A model generated the notes under the pieces. That model saw only the letters and a list, made by a program, of their open reading frames with translations. It was not told the DNA's origin and ran no database searches. From a bacterium (GTDB lineage Bacteria; Krumholzibacteriota; Krumholzibacteriia; LZORAL124-64-63), in assembly GCA_024231905.1 (NCBI GenBank), contig JAAEQC010000102.1:234974-298973 (forward strand): 64,000 nt of DNA. Direction: 5' to 3'. Numbering within the stretch: position 1 is the first letter of the stretch; every line of letters starts with the position of its first letter. Shown in pieces: positions 55,237-63,907 of the stretch. The translations under genes were made by a program, and so were the position numbers.

Positions 55237-56301
55237 GTGGAGGTCGGCATCCAGGCGACAACGCCCGCGGATTGGCCCGCCCTGGTGGCGGCCGATCCGG
55301 CGGCCGACTACTTCCATACCGCTGCCTGGAGTTCCATCGTCGCCCGTCACGTGCCCGGCGCCCGCGCCCTGTGGATCACCGTGCGCGACGCCGGCGAACT
55401 CGTGGGCGGCCTGGCTGCCGTTGCCCTGGGCGGTACGGTGCGACGCTGCCACTCGGGAGCCTTCGGTTGTGCCGGCGGACCCCTGGTGGCCGACGGCGAC
55501 GCCCGCCGCGGCCCGGTCATCGCCGGCCATCTCCTGGACGAACTGGTCGGTCGGCGGGGCGGTCTCCTGGCATCGGTCGGCGTCTCCCTCAATCCGGACC
55601 ACGAAGAACGCTGGGGCGGACGCCTCGCTGCCGACGCCCGTTTCCGGCGGGTCGACACTCCCGCGGCCGTGGTCTCCCTGGACGGCGGACCTGACGCCGT
55701 CGCCGCCCGCATGCGCAAGAGCAAGCGCAACGAACGCAACCGCGGCCTGCGGCGCGGTGCCGAATTCCTGGTGACCCGGGACCCGGATCACCTGGCGGCC
55801 TACCATCGCATCCACGTGCAGGCAGCCGGCGCCTGGGGCCAACCGGCGGTCCCTTTGGCCATGCTGCAGGACCTGCTCGACCAGGGGGCGGGCCCCGAGG
55901 GGGGCGAAGCCTACTTCGTAGCCGTGCGCTGCGAGGGACGGATCGTGGGCGGGCACCTGAACTTCCACCTGGGCGGGTCGGTCACCGCCTGGCATGGCGT
56001 CACCGATCCGGTCCTGGCCCGCACCCACTTCCCGTCCACCGTGGCCGTGTGGGGGGACGCGGTGGAGGCCTGCCGCCGCGGTGCGACCAGCCTGGATCTG
56101 GGGGGCAGCGGCGGCATCCCCTCCCTGGAGTCCTTCAAGCGGGGCTTCGGCGCCGAACGCCGGGAGCGTGGCTGGTACGTGGCGGAAACGGCGCCGCTGC
56201 GGCTGCTGCGGAGCCTGCGCGGCCTGGTCCGGCGCAAGGAAGGCAACGGGCGACGCTGGCACGACGGCGCCACCGGCGCGTCCGGTGGAGGTACGCCGTG
56301 A
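55237..56301 (+). CDS. FemAB-like / GNAT-fold (Acetyltransf_6) acyl- or aminoacyl-transferase
   Basis: Duplicated GNAT-like halves (YFHTAAWSSIV...; VTAWHGVTDP...LDLGGSG...SLESFKRGFGA), as in FemAB-family proteins. GTG start. Confidence 0.55.
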   Translation: MEVGIQATTPADWPALVAADPAADYFHTAAWSSIVARHVPGARALWITVRDAGELVGGLAAVALGGTVRRCHSGAFGCAGGPLVADGDARRGPVIAGHLLDELVGRRGGLLASVGVSLNPDHEERWGGRLAADARFRRVDTPAAVVSLDGGPDAVAARMRKSKRNERNRGLRRGAEFLVTRDPDHLAAYHRIHVQAAGAWGQPAVPLAMLQDLLDQGAGPEGGEAYFVAVRCEGRIVGGHLNFHLGGSVTAWHGVTDPVLARTHFPSTVAVWGDAVEACRRGATSLDLGGSGGIPSLESFKRGFGAERRERGWYVAETAPLRLLRSLRGLVRRKEGNGRRWHDGATGASGGGTP

Positions 56302-57611
56302 GACTCCTGGCCGCGGGCGCCCGCATCCTGTCCGGCCGCGTGGCCCAGATCCTGGCCAACGCCGCAGTGGTTTTCTGGGTGGCCAAGACCCTGGGACCCA
56401 CGGGGCAGGGCCACTACAGTCTCACCGTGGCCGTGGCCCAGCTCGCGGCTGCCCTCCTGGCCGGCGGCATGGGCCTGGCGGCGGTGCCACCCCTGCGCCG
56501 GGACCGCATCCCGGCGGCCCGCATGGTCTCGGTCCAGGCCGGCTGGGCCGGCGCTACGGGGCTGGTGCTGCTGGGCGTGGCCGCCCTGGCCGGCGGTGGG
56601 GCGGTGGGCGCCTTCTTCGCCCGGCATCTGGGCTGGTCGCCGGGGCTGGCCTTCGCCGTGGCCATCGGCGCCACCGGATTGCTCACCTTCGAGATCTTCT
56701 CCTACGACCTGCTGGCCCGTGGCAGGCTGGTCATCGGTTCGGCCATCAACGGCTGGCGCGCCGCCGGCCACCTGGTGATCGTCGGCACCGCGGGCCTGGC
56801 CGGGATGCTCGGCTTCGCCCAGGCGGTGGGGGCCTTCGCCCTGGCCCAGTGTGCGGGCGCGGCGGTCCTGGTGGGGGTCGTCCTGCGGGAGATCCGCCGG
56901 CCTTGGCCCCGGCCCGGCGCCAAGCCCGGTCCGCCCGCGCCCCTGCGCGACAAGGAGCTCCCGGCGGACCTGGCGTCCTACTCCCGCCTGCGGTTGGTCC
57001 TGTTCAACCTTCAGCGGGGTTGGCTGGGACAGCTCTCGGCCGTGGCCTACTTTCTGCTGCTGCGCCTGGACCAGGGACTGCTGGCCCGCTACCACGGTGC
57101 AGCGGAGGTGGGGGTGTACTCGGTGGCGGTGCATCTGGGCGAGATGCTGTGGTTGTTGCCCGGGGCCATGACGCCTCTGCTGGTCCATACCTCGGCGGCC
57201 GACGCCGGCGATCCGGACCGTAACCGCACGGCCGTGCGGGCCGTGGGCATCGGCATGGTCGTGACCCTGGCCGCGGCGGTACCCCTGGCCCTGGTGGCGG
57301 GTCCCCTGCTGTCCCTGTTGGCCGGCGGCGCCTATGCCGGCGCGGTTCCGGCCCTGCGGGCCCTGCTGCCCGGCATCGTGGCCTTCGCCCCGGGGGCGGT
57401 CCTGGCCGGCGACTTCATCGGTCGCGGTAAACCCCATTGGAACACCCAGGCCAGCCTGTTGACCGTGGTGGTGAACCTGGCAGCGGGCCTGTGGCTCATC
57501 CCCGAGCACGGGGCCGTGGGCGCGGCCTGGTCCAGCACGGTGGCCTATGCCTGCGGGTCGGCTCTGATGCTGATTCGCTTCCGGCAAGCGATCCGCCGCG
57601 ACCAGGCCTGA
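56298..57611 (+). CDS. MOP-superfamily polysaccharide flippase (Wzx-like)
   Basis: About 12-14 TM helices with Wzx-like topology. GTG overlaps the upstream stop (GTGA). Confidence 0.65.
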   Translation: MRLLAAGARILSGRVAQILANAAVVFWVAKTLGPTGQGHYSLTVAVAQLAAALLAGGMGLAAVPPLRRDRIPAARMVSVQAGWAGATGLVLLGVAALAGGGAVGAFFARHLGWSPGLAFAVAIGATGLLTFEIFSYDLLARGRLVIGSAINGWRAAGHLVIVGTAGLAGMLGFAQAVGAFALAQCAGAAVLVGVVLREIRRPWPRPGAKPGPPAPLRDKELPADLASYSRLRLVLFNLQRGWLGQLSAVAYFLLLRLDQGLLARYHGAAEVGVYSVAVHLGEMLWLLPGAMTPLLVHTSAADAGDPDRNRTAVRAVGIGMVVTLAAAVPLALVAGPLLSLLAGGAYAGAVPALRALLPGIVAFAPGAVLAGDFIGRGKPHWNTQASLLTVVVNLAAGLWLIPEHGAVGAAWSSTVAYACGSALMLIRFRQAIRRDQA

Positions 57612-57653
57612 TAGGCCTCTAATTCCCCTTTTTCGCACCTGCCTGTTTTTTTT
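57604..57653 (+). terminator. Palindromic hairpin AGGCCT-gat-AGGCCT followed 27 nt later by a T8 run; weak terminator candidate after the glycosylation operon
   Basis: The inverted repeat and the T tract are seen directly. Their geometry is non-canonical, so confidence is low. Confidence 0.2.
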
Positions 57654-57674
57654 CGACTTTCCTGGAAAAGGAGG

Positions 57675-57703
57675 TTGACACTCCTGTGGTGGCGTCCTAC
57701 AGT
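57675..57703 (+). promoter_or_regulatory. P_mra-like sigma70 promoter (TTGACA-N17-TACAGT), followed by GTGG-containing direct repeats that are candidate MraZ boxes
   Basis: Perfect -35 at 57675-57680, a 17-nt spacer, and a -10-like TACAGT at 57698-57703, about 125 nt upstream of mraZ. GTGG motifs at 57717, 57737 and 57746. Confidence 0.5.
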
Positions 57704-57827
57704 GCGGAGGTGATCAGTGGGGAAAAAGGGTTAGATGTGGTGAAAGTGGCGGGAGGCCGAAGGAGCGGCATAAAACTCAAAGGATTGAGCGTAACTCCCG
57801 CCACTAAAACCACTTGAACGGATTGAG

Positions 57828-58304
57828 ATGACCGACCAAACCCACAGCACGGACCAGGGCGCGGCCTTCACCTTTCATGGCTCCTACACGCGAGCGGTGG
57901 ATGTGAAAGGCCGTTTCAACCTGCCCTTCCGGTTCCGGCACCAGGGCGCCGACGACGAGAAATACGTGGTCTCCAAGGGACCTGACGGCAATCTGGCCGT
58001 CCATCCCCACAGCGCCTGGATTGCCGCCTACAACCGGATGATGAATGGTGCGCCCGGACCCGAGCTGCGGAGGAACCTGCGGCGCATGAGCCGGGACAGC
58101 TCCCCGGTCCAGCCCGACGCCCAGGGGCGGATCGCTGTGCCGGCGGAACTGCTGGCGGGCGTGGGGATCGGTCGCAAGGTGACCGTCATCGGAGTCGGCG
58201 CCTACATGGAACTCTGGGATCCGGAAGCCCTCGATACGGGCGACGCCGTGGCCGGCGAACCGGATACCGCGTTCAACGACCTCTTCTTCGGGGGAGGGAG
58301 CTGA
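57828..58304 (+). CDS. mraZ: Transcriptional regulator MraZ
   Basis: Duplicated MraZ halves (VDVKGRFNLP...; AQGRIAVPAELL...), first gene of the dcw cluster. Confidence 0.85.
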   Translation: MTDQTHSTDQGAAFTFHGSYTRAVDVKGRFNLPFRFRHQGADDEKYVVSKGPDGNLAVHPHSAWIAAYNRMMNGAPGPELRRNLRRMSRDSSPVQPDAQGRIAVPAELLAGVGIGRKVTVIGVGAYMELWDPEALDTGDAVAGEPDTAFNDLFFGGGS

Positions 58305-58450
58305 CGCACCACGATGTCCGGCGGCAAGGATGCCAAGCCGGGATCGGCCGGGCGGTGAACGCTGATGGAGCGGCGACCGCCCGGCCCGGGCAAACCAACG
58401 AGCAACGACATCCGCCCACGGAAGGGCGACACTTGGGAAGGAGCCCGCAA

Positions 58451-58864
58451 ATGCCGAGAGAGACGACCCGTCAGGCCGCGAGGCAGGAGGCCGCACGCAG
58501 CACGATGGAGATTCAGGTCCAGCACCAGGAACGGACTGTGCGGGTCTCTCTCTCGGGAATCCTCGATCGCGAAGGGGTCGCCGCACTGGCCGCCCGGGTG
58601 GCTCCCGGGCTGGCCGGCCGCGGTTGTCACGTCGTGCTCGATGGAACGGGCTTGACCCACATGGACTACCGTGCTACCCGCCCGTTCATAACCTGGCACC
58701 GCCGCCTGCGCACCTACGGCCACGAACTCTTCCTGCAGGGCTGGAGTGATTACCTCAAAGCCATCCTGGTCATGGAAGACTGGGACGTGGCTCCAGGCGA
58801 TCCGCCGGCCGGCTTGCCCACCCTCCGTCACCTGGGGAGCATCGCCGCCGTACGGATGCCATGA
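58451..58864 (+). CDS. STAS-domain protein (anti-sigma-factor-antagonist-like) inserted between mraZ and rsmH
   Basis: MEIQVQHQERTVRVSLSGILDREGVAALAARV...VVLDGTGLTHMDYRATRPFITW is a SpoIIAA-like STAS fold. GGAAGGA RBS 9 nt before ATG 58451; the stop overlaps the rsmH ATG (ATGA). The ORF is open from 58355, so the start is uncertain. Confidence 0.5.
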   Translation: MPRETTRQAARQEAARSTMEIQVQHQERTVRVSLSGILDREGVAALAARVAPGLAGRGCHVVLDGTGLTHMDYRATRPFITWHRRLRTYGHELFLQGWSDYLKAILVMEDWDVAPGDPPAGLPTLRHLGSIAAVRMP

Positions 58865-59781
58865 CCTCCGCGCCCCACGTCCCGGTGCTGCTGGAGGAGA
58901 CCATCGAGCTGCTCCAGCCCCGACCGGGCCGGCGCTACGTGGACGGTACTTTCGGATTCGGCGGCCACGCGACCGCCCTGCTGGACGCCGGAGCCGAGGT
59001 CCTGGGTCTCGACCTGGACGACCGGGCCCTGGCCACCTGCCGCGATCTGGCCGCCGCACGGCCGGAATGTCACTGCCACTACGGATCCTTCCGCGACCTG
59101 TCCGGGGCGCTGGCCGCCTGCGGCTGGCGCCGGGTGGACGGTGTCCTGCTCGATCTGGGCGTGAACTCCCTCCAGCTGGACGATCCGGAACTGGGCTTCA
59201 GCTATCGGGCCGACGGTCCCCTGGATCTACGATTCGACCGGGAGCAGGGGCGGCCCGCCGCCGCCCTGGTGGCCGAACTCGACGAGACGGCTCTGGCGGA
59301 CATCTTCTGGAAATGGGGCGAGGAAAGGGCCAGTCGGCGGTTGGCCAGGGCCGTGGTCCGGGCGCGGGCGGAGGAGCCAGTGGACACCACCGGCCGCCTG
59401 GCCGCGGTGATCACGGACACCCTGCCCCGGGGTGTGAAGCCCATGCCGACCCTGAGCCGGGTTTTCCAGGCCCTGCGCATCGCCGTCAACGAGGAACTGG
59501 AAGCGCTGGACGAGGCCGTCGAGAGTCTGCCTGGAGTGCTGAACGCCGGCGGGCGCTTCGTCGTCATCGCCTACCACTCCCTGGAGGACCGCCTGGTCAA
59601 GCGCTTCATCGACCGCGAGCGGAAGGACTGCCTGTGTCCGACCGAGCTTCCGGTGTGCGCCTGCAAACACGCCCGGAGCCTGCGCCGCCTGACCCGGGGC
59701 GCGGTGAAGGCCGGTCCCGACGAGGCCGCCCGCAATCCCCGTTCCCGCAGCGCGCGGCTGCGCGCCGCGGAACGTCTTTGA
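58861..59781 (+). CDS. rsmH: 16S rRNA (cytosine1402-N4)-methyltransferase
   Basis: HVPVLLEE...YVDGTFGFGGH...DLGVNSLQLDDPELGFS...ALRIAVNEEL is a canonical RsmH/MraW. Confidence 0.9.
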   Translation: MTSAPHVPVLLEETIELLQPRPGRRYVDGTFGFGGHATALLDAGAEVLGLDLDDRALATCRDLAAARPECHCHYGSFRDLSGALAACGWRRVDGVLLDLGVNSLQLDDPELGFSYRADGPLDLRFDREQGRPAAALVAELDETALADIFWKWGEERASRRLARAVVRARAEEPVDTTGRLAAVITDTLPRGVKPMPTLSRVFQALRIAVNEELEALDEAVESLPGVLNAGGRFVVIAYHSLEDRLVKRFIDRERKDCLCPTELPVCACKHARSLRRLTRGAVKAGPDEAARNPRSRSARLRAAERL

Positions 59782-59802
59782 CCGATTGCCCGAGGAGGGA
59801 CG

Positions 59803-60318
59803 ATGCACCGCCAAGACGCCAACGGCTGGACCATGGGTCCGGCGAACGTCCAGCGGGTAGGGGCCGCCATGGCCCACCGCCGCGGATTGCGCCACAGCCG
59901 CATCCTGCGCTGGCTGCTGGGAGGCAGCGCCCTGGCTTCGTCGCTGGCCGTGGCCCTGGTGGTGACCGTGCAGGTGACGGATCTGCGCGAGTCCGTGGCC
60001 ATCCTCACCGACCGCCAGGCCTGCCTGGCCGCTCGCAATGCGGGGCTCCAGGCCGACTGGGCCTGCTCCACTCGGCCAGAGGTGGTGCGTGAGCGCGCCT
60101 CGCGCGAGCTGGGCCTGATCGTACCCGCCGAACCGGAATTCGTACTCGTGGCCCGCCGTAGCGTCCCGGAAGCCGGACCGCGCCTGTGGCGGCGGGTCCT
60201 GGAAGGGTTAGGCGGCGGCACGTCGGCCCATGCGGCCACGGCGGTAGCTACGCCCCTGCGCACCGGCATGATCTCCGTCCTGCCCCTGGCCGCTCCGCGG
60301 GCCGGGAGCGGATCGTGA
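59803..60318 (+). CDS. ftsL: Cell division protein FtsL-like (single TM)
   Basis: Position between rsmH and ftsI, one TM helix (LASSLAVALVVTVQV), GGAGGGA RBS. There is essentially no sequence conservation, as is usual for FtsL. Confidence 0.55.
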   Translation: MHRQDANGWTMGPANVQRVGAAMAHRRGLRHSRILRWLLGGSALASSLAVALVVTVQVTDLRESVAILTDRQACLAARNAGLQADWACSTRPEVVRERASRELGLIVPAEPEFVLVARRSVPEAGPRLWRRVLEGLGGGTSAHAATAVATPLRTGMISVLPLAAPRAGSGS

Positions 60319-62423
60319 CGGCCGACGGCGGACGTTGGCGCTTCGCGGTCCTGCGGCTCGGCGTGGCGGTGCTGGCGGTGGTCCTGGCCGTGCGCGTGCT
60401 GCATATCCAGGTCTTCCGTCACGACGAATTCCACGCCATCGGACAGGGACAATGGTGGCAGGAAAGCGCCATTCCCGCCGTCCGCGGTGACCTGCTCGAC
60501 CGCCGGGGCCGGCCCCAGGCCATCTCGGTGATCACCTGGAGCGTGGGGGTGGCGGGCTCGTTGGTGGAGGACGCCGGTGAACTGGCCAGCACCCTCGGAC
60601 CGATCCTCGACTGCGACACGGGCCGCCTCGAACGGCGCCTGGTCCAGGCCGGTGACGCCCACGTGGTCCTGGACCGCGAAGTGGTACTCACCCGGGAACA
60701 GAAAACCACCCTGCGGCGCTTCAAGGCCGTGACCGTGGACACGGTGCGCTCGCGGGTCTACCCGGCCAACGGCGTGGGCGCGTCCTACATCGGTTTCTGC
60801 CGGCAGGGACCGGACACGACCATCTCTACCGGACTGGAACACAGCCTGCGCCACGTGCTGGCCGGCAAGCCGGGACGGTCCCAGGCAGTGGCCACGGCAA
60901 TTCCGGGCCGGGACCTGGGCCACGTGGTGGTCCGCGAGGCCGTCCATGGCCACGACGTGGTGCTCACCCTGGACGGGGAACTGCAGGCCATCGCCGAGCG
61001 CCGCCTGGCCGAAGCGGTGGAACGGTACGGGGCCAAAGGCGGCTCGGTGCTCGTCATGACACCCACCGGCGGCGACGTGCTCGCCGCCGCCAGCTGGCCG
61101 CTGGTGGCCGACCGGGACGCGCGCCAGGAGGACGGGGCGGTCTGGCAGAATCGCAACTTCAACTGGATGTTCGAGCCGGGCTCGGTGGCGAAGATCTTCA
61201 CCACCGCCTCGCTGCTCAGACACGCCGCCATCGACACGGGCTCGATCTTCGACTGCAGCGACCCCTGGATCGACGGCGTGAAGATCACCAATGACGGCGA
61301 TCACCAGTACGGCGACCTGGCCCTGCTGCCGGCTTTTGCCAAGTCCAGCAACATCTACTTCGCACGGGCCGTGGCCAACCTGGGAACCGAGGAATTCCAC
61401 CGGGACCTGCTGGACTTCGGCTTCGGCCAGCTCACGGGGGCGCCCTATCCAGGCCAACCCCGGGGTCTGTTGCGGGAGCCGTCCCGGTGGTCGGGACGCT
61501 CCAAGCCCACCCTGGCCATCGGCCAGGAACTGGCGGTCACGCCGCTGCAGTTGGGGTTGGCCGTGTGCGCCGTGGCCAACGGCGGCACGCTCTATGCGCC
61601 GCGCCTGGTACGCGAGATGCGCGACCCGGTTACCGGTCGGCTCGAACGGTGTCCCGAAGTGGCCTTGCGGCGGGTCATGGCCGAACCCCTGGCCGCCCTG
61701 CTCAGGCAGGCCATGGGCCGCGTCGTGGAGCAGGGGACCGGCATCGGCACGCGCCTGGACTGGATCGACATCGGCGGCAAGACCGGCACGGCCCAGAAGA
61801 GCTGCGACGGCCGGGGCTACACCCGGGGCGCCTACGTATCGAGCTTCGCGGCCATCGTGCCCTGGCAGGATCCGCGGCTGGTGGTGCTGACGGTGCTCGA
61901 CGAACCCCGTGGCGTCCACCATTACGCGGCCGAGAGCACCGTGCCCCTGTGCCGGGACATCCTGGAGGACGTGCGCCGCAGCACCGACTGGCTCACCGAC
62001 GCCCCCGGCGGCCGCACCATCATCAGGACCGACGACAGGTGGGCCCGGGCGGGCCGAGTGCCCGATGTGCTGCATCTCTCGTCGGCCCGGGCGGTCCAGC
62101 GGTTGGCCGCCGCCGGGCTGGCGGCCACCGGCGCCGAGCGCGAAGGAGTGGTCGTGGACCAGGTTCCGGCGGCGGGCACCCGTTGCTCCGAGGGCTCGTC
62201 CGTGGAGCTCGTGGTGGCCGGCCGTTCCGACCCGGGTACGGGCAACGCCCTGTGCCCCGACTTTTCCGGACTCAGCAACCGCCAGGTTCGCGGTCTCGCC
62301 GCGCGCCTGGGTATCCCGGTACGCATCGCGGGTGCCGGTTATGTCAAGAACCAGACCCCGCGCCCGGGGACCGTCCTGGACCGGGCTCCGGTGATCCTGC
62401 GGATGGAAGCGCCATGGCGGTGA
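60315..62423 (+). CDS. ftsI: Peptidoglycan D,D-transpeptidase FtsI (class B PBP) with a C-terminal PASTA domain
   Basis: N-terminal TM helix, dimerisation domain, transpeptidase motifs SVAK (SxxK), SSN and KTGTA, and a C-terminal PASTA-like segment (VPDVLHLSSARAVQRLAAAGL...VVDQVPAAG). GTG overlaps the ftsL stop. Confidence 0.85.
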   Translation: MTADGGRWRFAVLRLGVAVLAVVLAVRVLHIQVFRHDEFHAIGQGQWWQESAIPAVRGDLLDRRGRPQAISVITWSVGVAGSLVEDAGELASTLGPILDCDTGRLERRLVQAGDAHVVLDREVVLTREQKTTLRRFKAVTVDTVRSRVYPANGVGASYIGFCRQGPDTTISTGLEHSLRHVLAGKPGRSQAVATAIPGRDLGHVVVREAVHGHDVVLTLDGELQAIAERRLAEAVERYGAKGGSVLVMTPTGGDVLAAASWPLVADRDARQEDGAVWQNRNFNWMFEPGSVAKIFTTASLLRHAAIDTGSIFDCSDPWIDGVKITNDGDHQYGDLALLPAFAKSSNIYFARAVANLGTEEFHRDLLDFGFGQLTGAPYPGQPRGLLREPSRWSGRSKPTLAIGQELAVTPLQLGLAVCAVANGGTLYAPRLVREMRDPVTGRLERCPEVALRRVMAEPLAALLRQAMGRVVEQGTGIGTRLDWIDIGGKTGTAQKSCDGRGYTRGAYVSSFAAIVPWQDPRLVVLTVLDEPRGVHHYAAESTVPLCRDILEDVRRSTDWLTDAPGGRTIIRTDDRWARAGRVPDVLHLSSARAVQRLAAAGLAATGAEREGVVVDQVPAAGTRCSEGSSVELVVAGRSDPGTGNALCPDFSGLSNRQVRGLAARLGIPVRIAGAGYVKNQTPRPGTVLDRAPVILRMEAPWR

Positions 62424-63907
62424 GCCTCGCCGACCTGGCCGCCGTGTTTCCCGGGGCGAAGCTCCTGGGCGACGGCAAGGAGATCGTGACGGCGGTGACC
62501 GCCGATTCGCGGGAGGCCGGTCCCGGCGTACTCTTCGTGGCCGTGCGCGGCACCGGCGGCGACGGCCACGGTTTCCTGGACGCCGCCGTGGCTGCTGGAT
62601 GCGCCGCGGTGGCGGTCATGGACCCGCAGGCGGCGGACGGAATCCAGGACCGGGTGAACTGTCTGCTCCTGGACGATACGCGGCCGGCACCGGCTCTGGC
62701 GGCCCGCCGGCTCCACGGGGAGCCCGATACGAAACTGCGCACGGCGGCCGTGACCGGCACCAACGGCAAGACCACCGTGTCCTACCTTCTGCAGGCCATG
62801 CTGGGCATCCTGGACGGTCCTTGTGGTTTGCTGGGGACAATTCGTTACGACGACGGCGAGGTATGCGAGACCGCGCCGTTGACCACCCCGGGCGGGCCTG
62901 TCCTGCACGCCTGGCTCGCCCGGATGGTGGATACCGGCTGCCGCAGCGTGGCCATGGAACTGTCGTCCCACGCCCTGGCTCAGGACCGGGCCGCGGGGCT
63001 CGGCCTGGACGTGGCGATCATGACCAATCTGGGGCGGGACCACCTGGACTACCACGCCACTGCGGACGGATACCTGGCCGCCAAGGCGCGCATCCTGGAA
63101 CTGCTGCGGCCGGGCGGCGTCCTGGTGTTGAACGCCGCGGACCCGGTTCTGTCGACCCTGGCGACCGGCGACCACCCAGTTGTGCGGTTCGCTGCGGAGC
63201 GCGCTGCCGGTCCGGTGGACCTGCAGGTGACGGACGCCCGGCTAGGGCTGACGGGGACTCGTCTGGAACTGGATTGGCGCGACACGGCTTTGGAACTGGA
63301 CAGCCCCCTGGTGGGCCGCTTCAACGTGGAGAACCTGACGGCGGCCCTGGCGGCGGGGCTCGCCCTGGGCCACGACGCGGAGGCCTGTCTGCAGGCTTTG
63401 TCGCGACTGGACCAGGTGCCCGGGCGGCTGGAACGTTTCGACCTGCCGCGGGGCGGTCTGGCGGTGGTGGACTACGCCCACACCCATGACGCTCTGGGTG
63501 CGGTTCTCGCCGCCTGCGACGAATTGACCGACGGCGTCCTGTTGGCCGTCTTCGGCTGCGGCGGCGATCGGGACCGGGGCAAGCGGCCCCTCATGGGCCA
63601 GGTGGCCGCCCTCGGCGCCGATCGCGTGTGGATCACCAACGATAATCCCCGCGGGGAGGATCCGGAGGTCATCGCCGCCGCCGTTCTGGCCGGGCACGAT
63701 GGTGTGGCCTCGCCGCGCTCGACCGGTTGCCGCGTGGTGCTGGACCGGCCCGCGGCCATCGGTCAGGCCCTGGCTGCCGCGGGAAACGGCGACCTCGTGG
63801 TCGTCGCCGGCAAGGGACATGAGGACTATCAACTCGTAGGCGACGAGGTGCTCCACCTGGACGACCGCGAGATCATCCGCCATTGGATCGAGGAGAACGC
63901 CCCGTGA
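62414..63907 (+). CDS. murE: UDP-N-acetylmuramoyl-L-alanyl-D-glutamate--2,6-diaminopimelate ligase
   Basis: Mur ligase motifs: TGTNGKTTV, DNPR and GKGHEDYQ. Overlaps the ftsI stop by 10 nt. Confidence 0.9.
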   Translation: MAVSLADLAAVFPGAKLLGDGKEIVTAVTADSREAGPGVLFVAVRGTGGDGHGFLDAAVAAGCAAVAVMDPQAADGIQDRVNCLLLDDTRPAPALAARRLHGEPDTKLRTAAVTGTNGKTTVSYLLQAMLGILDGPCGLLGTIRYDDGEVCETAPLTTPGGPVLHAWLARMVDTGCRSVAMELSSHALAQDRAAGLGLDVAIMTNLGRDHLDYHATADGYLAAKARILELLRPGGVLVLNAADPVLSTLATGDHPVVRFAAERAAGPVDLQVTDARLGLTGTRLELDWRDTALELDSPLVGRFNVENLTAALAAGLALGHDAEACLQALSRLDQVPGRLERFDLPRGGLAVVDYAHTHDALGAVLAACDELTDGVLLAVFGCGGDRDRGKRPLMGQVAALGADRVWITNDNPRGEDPEVIAAAVLAGHDGVASPRSTGCRVVLDRPAAIGQALAAAGNGDLVVVAGKGHEDYQLVGDEVLHLDDREIIRHWIEENAP

